Translations under genes and position numbers: made by a program
In this document: positions 57,565 through 59,173 of the stretch, piece after piece
Position numbering within the stretch: the stretch's first letter is position 1
How the letters are laid out: every line of letters starts with the position of its first letter
Notes under the pieces: generated by a model
Seen by the model: the letters and a program-made list of their open reading frames with translations, nothing else
Databases searched by the model: none
Told to the model about the DNA's origin: nothing
Assembly (NCBI GenBank): GCA_964505305.1
Contig: CAZDHE010000002.1
Location: 1 to 59,173, forward strand
DNA length: 59,173 nt
Source of the DNA: an uncultured Bdellovibrionales bacterium
Lineage (GTDB): Bacteria; Patescibacteriota; Minisyncoccia; Moranbacterales; DUUL01
Direction of reading: 5' to 3'

Positions 57565-57690
57565 TAACTGATACTACGCGCGCTCTATACTCTATAATAC
57601 AACTTGACGCATTTTCCGTCCACAGCGAAGGGCAGAAGTTTGGCTTCTACGGATACAGAAGTCGAACTTCCGGCTTTCCCGCAAAGGGAC
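57565..57690. mobile_element. Degenerate/partial copy 4 of the MITE/REP-like element
   Basis: taactgatactacgcgc start, acgcattttcc, and gaagtcgaacttc; closing inverted repeat absent. Confidence 0.55.
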
Positions 57691-57694
57691 TAAT

Positions 57695-58885
57695 TTATTG
57701 AGTGCGCTTAACATTAGCTACTGATAGAAAAAAAAAATTATCTATAAACTTATCCCAACTAAATTTTTGAGCGGTTTGGAAAGCTTTGGCGACTTTCTTC
57801 TCTCTTTCTTTTCTTTTTTTAAGGCATCTTTGCATAGTTTCCGCCAAATCCTTATCATCTCCATTTTTTGCCACAAAAGAATTTTTTTTGCTAACAATTT
57901 CTCCCAGAGAGGAGTTTCGAGAAGCAATTACCGGACAACCACTATTAAAGGCTTCCAAAATCGGCAAACCAAAACCCTCATAAAGAGATGGAAAGCAAAA
58001 AGCCTCCGCCCCCCGGTATAAAGCCGGTAAATCATGTTGCTCAACAAAACCCAAAAGTTTAATTTTTTCTCCTGGAACTCCGTATTTATTCTTAGCTTTA
58101 GCTATTTCAACTGGCAGATCGGTTACCAGCGGCACCAAATCGGGATTAAAACCTCCGGCTATAGCTAAATCCGGAAAATCTTTTTTTTGAGAACACTTTT
58201 GCCAAAGTATTCCATAAGCATTTATCAAGCCTTCCACATTCTTTCTTGCATCAAAACCGCCAACATAGAACACATAATTTCCTCTTTTTAGGTTGTGTTT
58301 TTCTAAGGTCTTCTCAATATTTCCCCGAGATATTTTTTGCTTAAAAATAGGATCGCAATCAATCGGATTTACTGTAATTTTTTTATTTTCAATTTTACAA
58401 AATTTTTGAATATCTCTTTTGGAGCTCTCCGAAATTGTCATAATCTTATCGGCTTCTTTAATTCCTTTTTCGACTAAATCATAATACTTTTTTTTACGAA
58501 AATTATTAATGTAATTGGGGAAAATTTTCCAGATGCAATCATGAGTCAGCATAATATGAGGTACCCCCTTTATTACGGTAGGAGATTGATAAAGAGAAAA
58601 AAGAACATCACATTTGTCTTTTTTAACCTTTTTAGGCAAAAGATGTTTTTCCCACCAAATTTTGCGAATCAAATCGTCTCTCTTGTATGGGGGCAAAAAA
58701 ATTCTTTTATGAAAATTTTCCGGCAGCTCTAAATCAATATCTTCTTCTAAGTAAAGAAAAAAAACGAATTTTGAGGCTTGAGACTTGAAATCGGTTTTCC
58801 CCAGTTTTTCTAAAAAATTGATTGAAACTTGCCCCATTCCCGAATCCGGCTTTCTGGTAAAAGAAGTATTGATGCCTATTTTCAT
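57695..58885 (-). CDS. Glycosyltransferase family 4 (GT-B)
   Basis: THDCIW, FYVGGFDARKN, FPSLYEGFGLPILEAFNSGCPVI. Confidence 0.92.
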   Translation of the reverse strand: MKIGINTSFTRKPDSGMGQVSINFLEKLGKTDFKSQASKFVFFLYLEEDIDLELPENFHKRIFLPPYKRDDLIRKIWWEKHLLPKKVKKDKCDVLFSLYQSPTVIKGVPHIMLTHDCIWKIFPNYINNFRKKKYYDLVEKGIKEADKIMTISESSKRDIQKFCKIENKKITVNPIDCDPIFKQKISRGNIEKTLEKHNLKRGNYVFYVGGFDARKNVEGLINAYGILWQKCSQKKDFPDLAIAGGFNPDLVPLVTDLPVEIAKAKNKYGVPGEKIKLLGFVEQHDLPALYRGAEAFCFPSLYEGFGLPILEAFNSGCPVIASRNSSLGEIVSKKNSFVAKNGDDKDLAETMQRCLKKRKEREKKVAKAFQTAQKFSWDKFIDNFFFLSVANVKRTQ

Positions 58886-58945
58886 TTGAATAATTTATTA
58901 AAATTTGTACCTTTTGAGCAAATTTATGAATTTACTTTGAATTGC

Positions 58946-59087
58946 TAACTGATGTTACGCGCATATACTTATTATAGTTTAATATGAACGTATTTTTCAA
59001 TTACGGCAACAGCTTGAAGTTCGAATTCTGCGGATTCAGAATTCGAACTTCGGGGGAATTAGTTCAAGAAATGCGTAACATCAATTA
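58946..59087. mobile_element. ~145-bp MITE/REP-like element, copy 3
   Basis: taactgatgttacgc ... gcgtaacatcaatta; internal gaagttcgaattc / gaattcgaacttc. Confidence 0.8.
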
Positions 59088-59118
59088 CTAAATAAATTTT
59101 TCTTACTCCTTATATTCT

Positions 59119-59152
59119 CCTCCTATTATAGAAACATACCCGGAAATATTAT
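59119..59152. repeat. Inverted copy of bases 1-34
   Basis: Exact reverse complement of 1-34. Confidence 0.95.
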
Positions 59153-59173
59153 ATAATAAGAATTAAAGAAAAG

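Noticed and set aside
1-59173. DGR/retron, rRNA or group I/II intron
   Set aside because: No reverse transcriptase, template/variable repeat pair or rRNA-like sequence recognised.

Overview
AT-rich bacterial chromosome segment using the standard genetic code, with almost all genes on the minus strand. Gene content and style (lamin-tail surface protein, 7TM/ATP-grasp cluster, lone gatA, short mraZ-rsmH-ftsL-PBP-murF cluster) suggest a Patescibacteria/CPR (Parcubacteria-like) genome; this is inference. The backbone carries murA, dgkA, rplS, PBP1A, gatA, rpoD, dnaG, ftsEX, murF, rsmH, mraZ and tRNA-Leu(GAG), tRNA-Leu(TAG), tRNA-Pro(GGG). The main discovery is an ~8.7 kb integrated element (38514-47199) that has split the host tRNA-His(GTG) gene in the T-stem. 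The 3' fragment is at 38501-38513 and the 5' fragment at 47197-47258. Rejoining the element ends gives a symmetric serine-integrase attP with 11-bp inverted arms around a central GG. The element carries its own complete tRNA-His (46118-46189), which differs from the host copy by two compensatory base-pair swaps plus one loop change. It also encodes a large serine recombinase with an in-frame TAG three codons after the catalytic Ser, a putative rolling-circle Rep, a DUF3800-like protein, membrane/secreted cargo and structured RNA-like hairpins. Other notable items: a diderm-type MMPL + LolA-like + beta-barrel operon, a triple ATP-grasp cluster, a dispersed ~150 bp inverted-repeat element (both window ends are inverted copies of one module), and several small ORFs missed by the ORF track.
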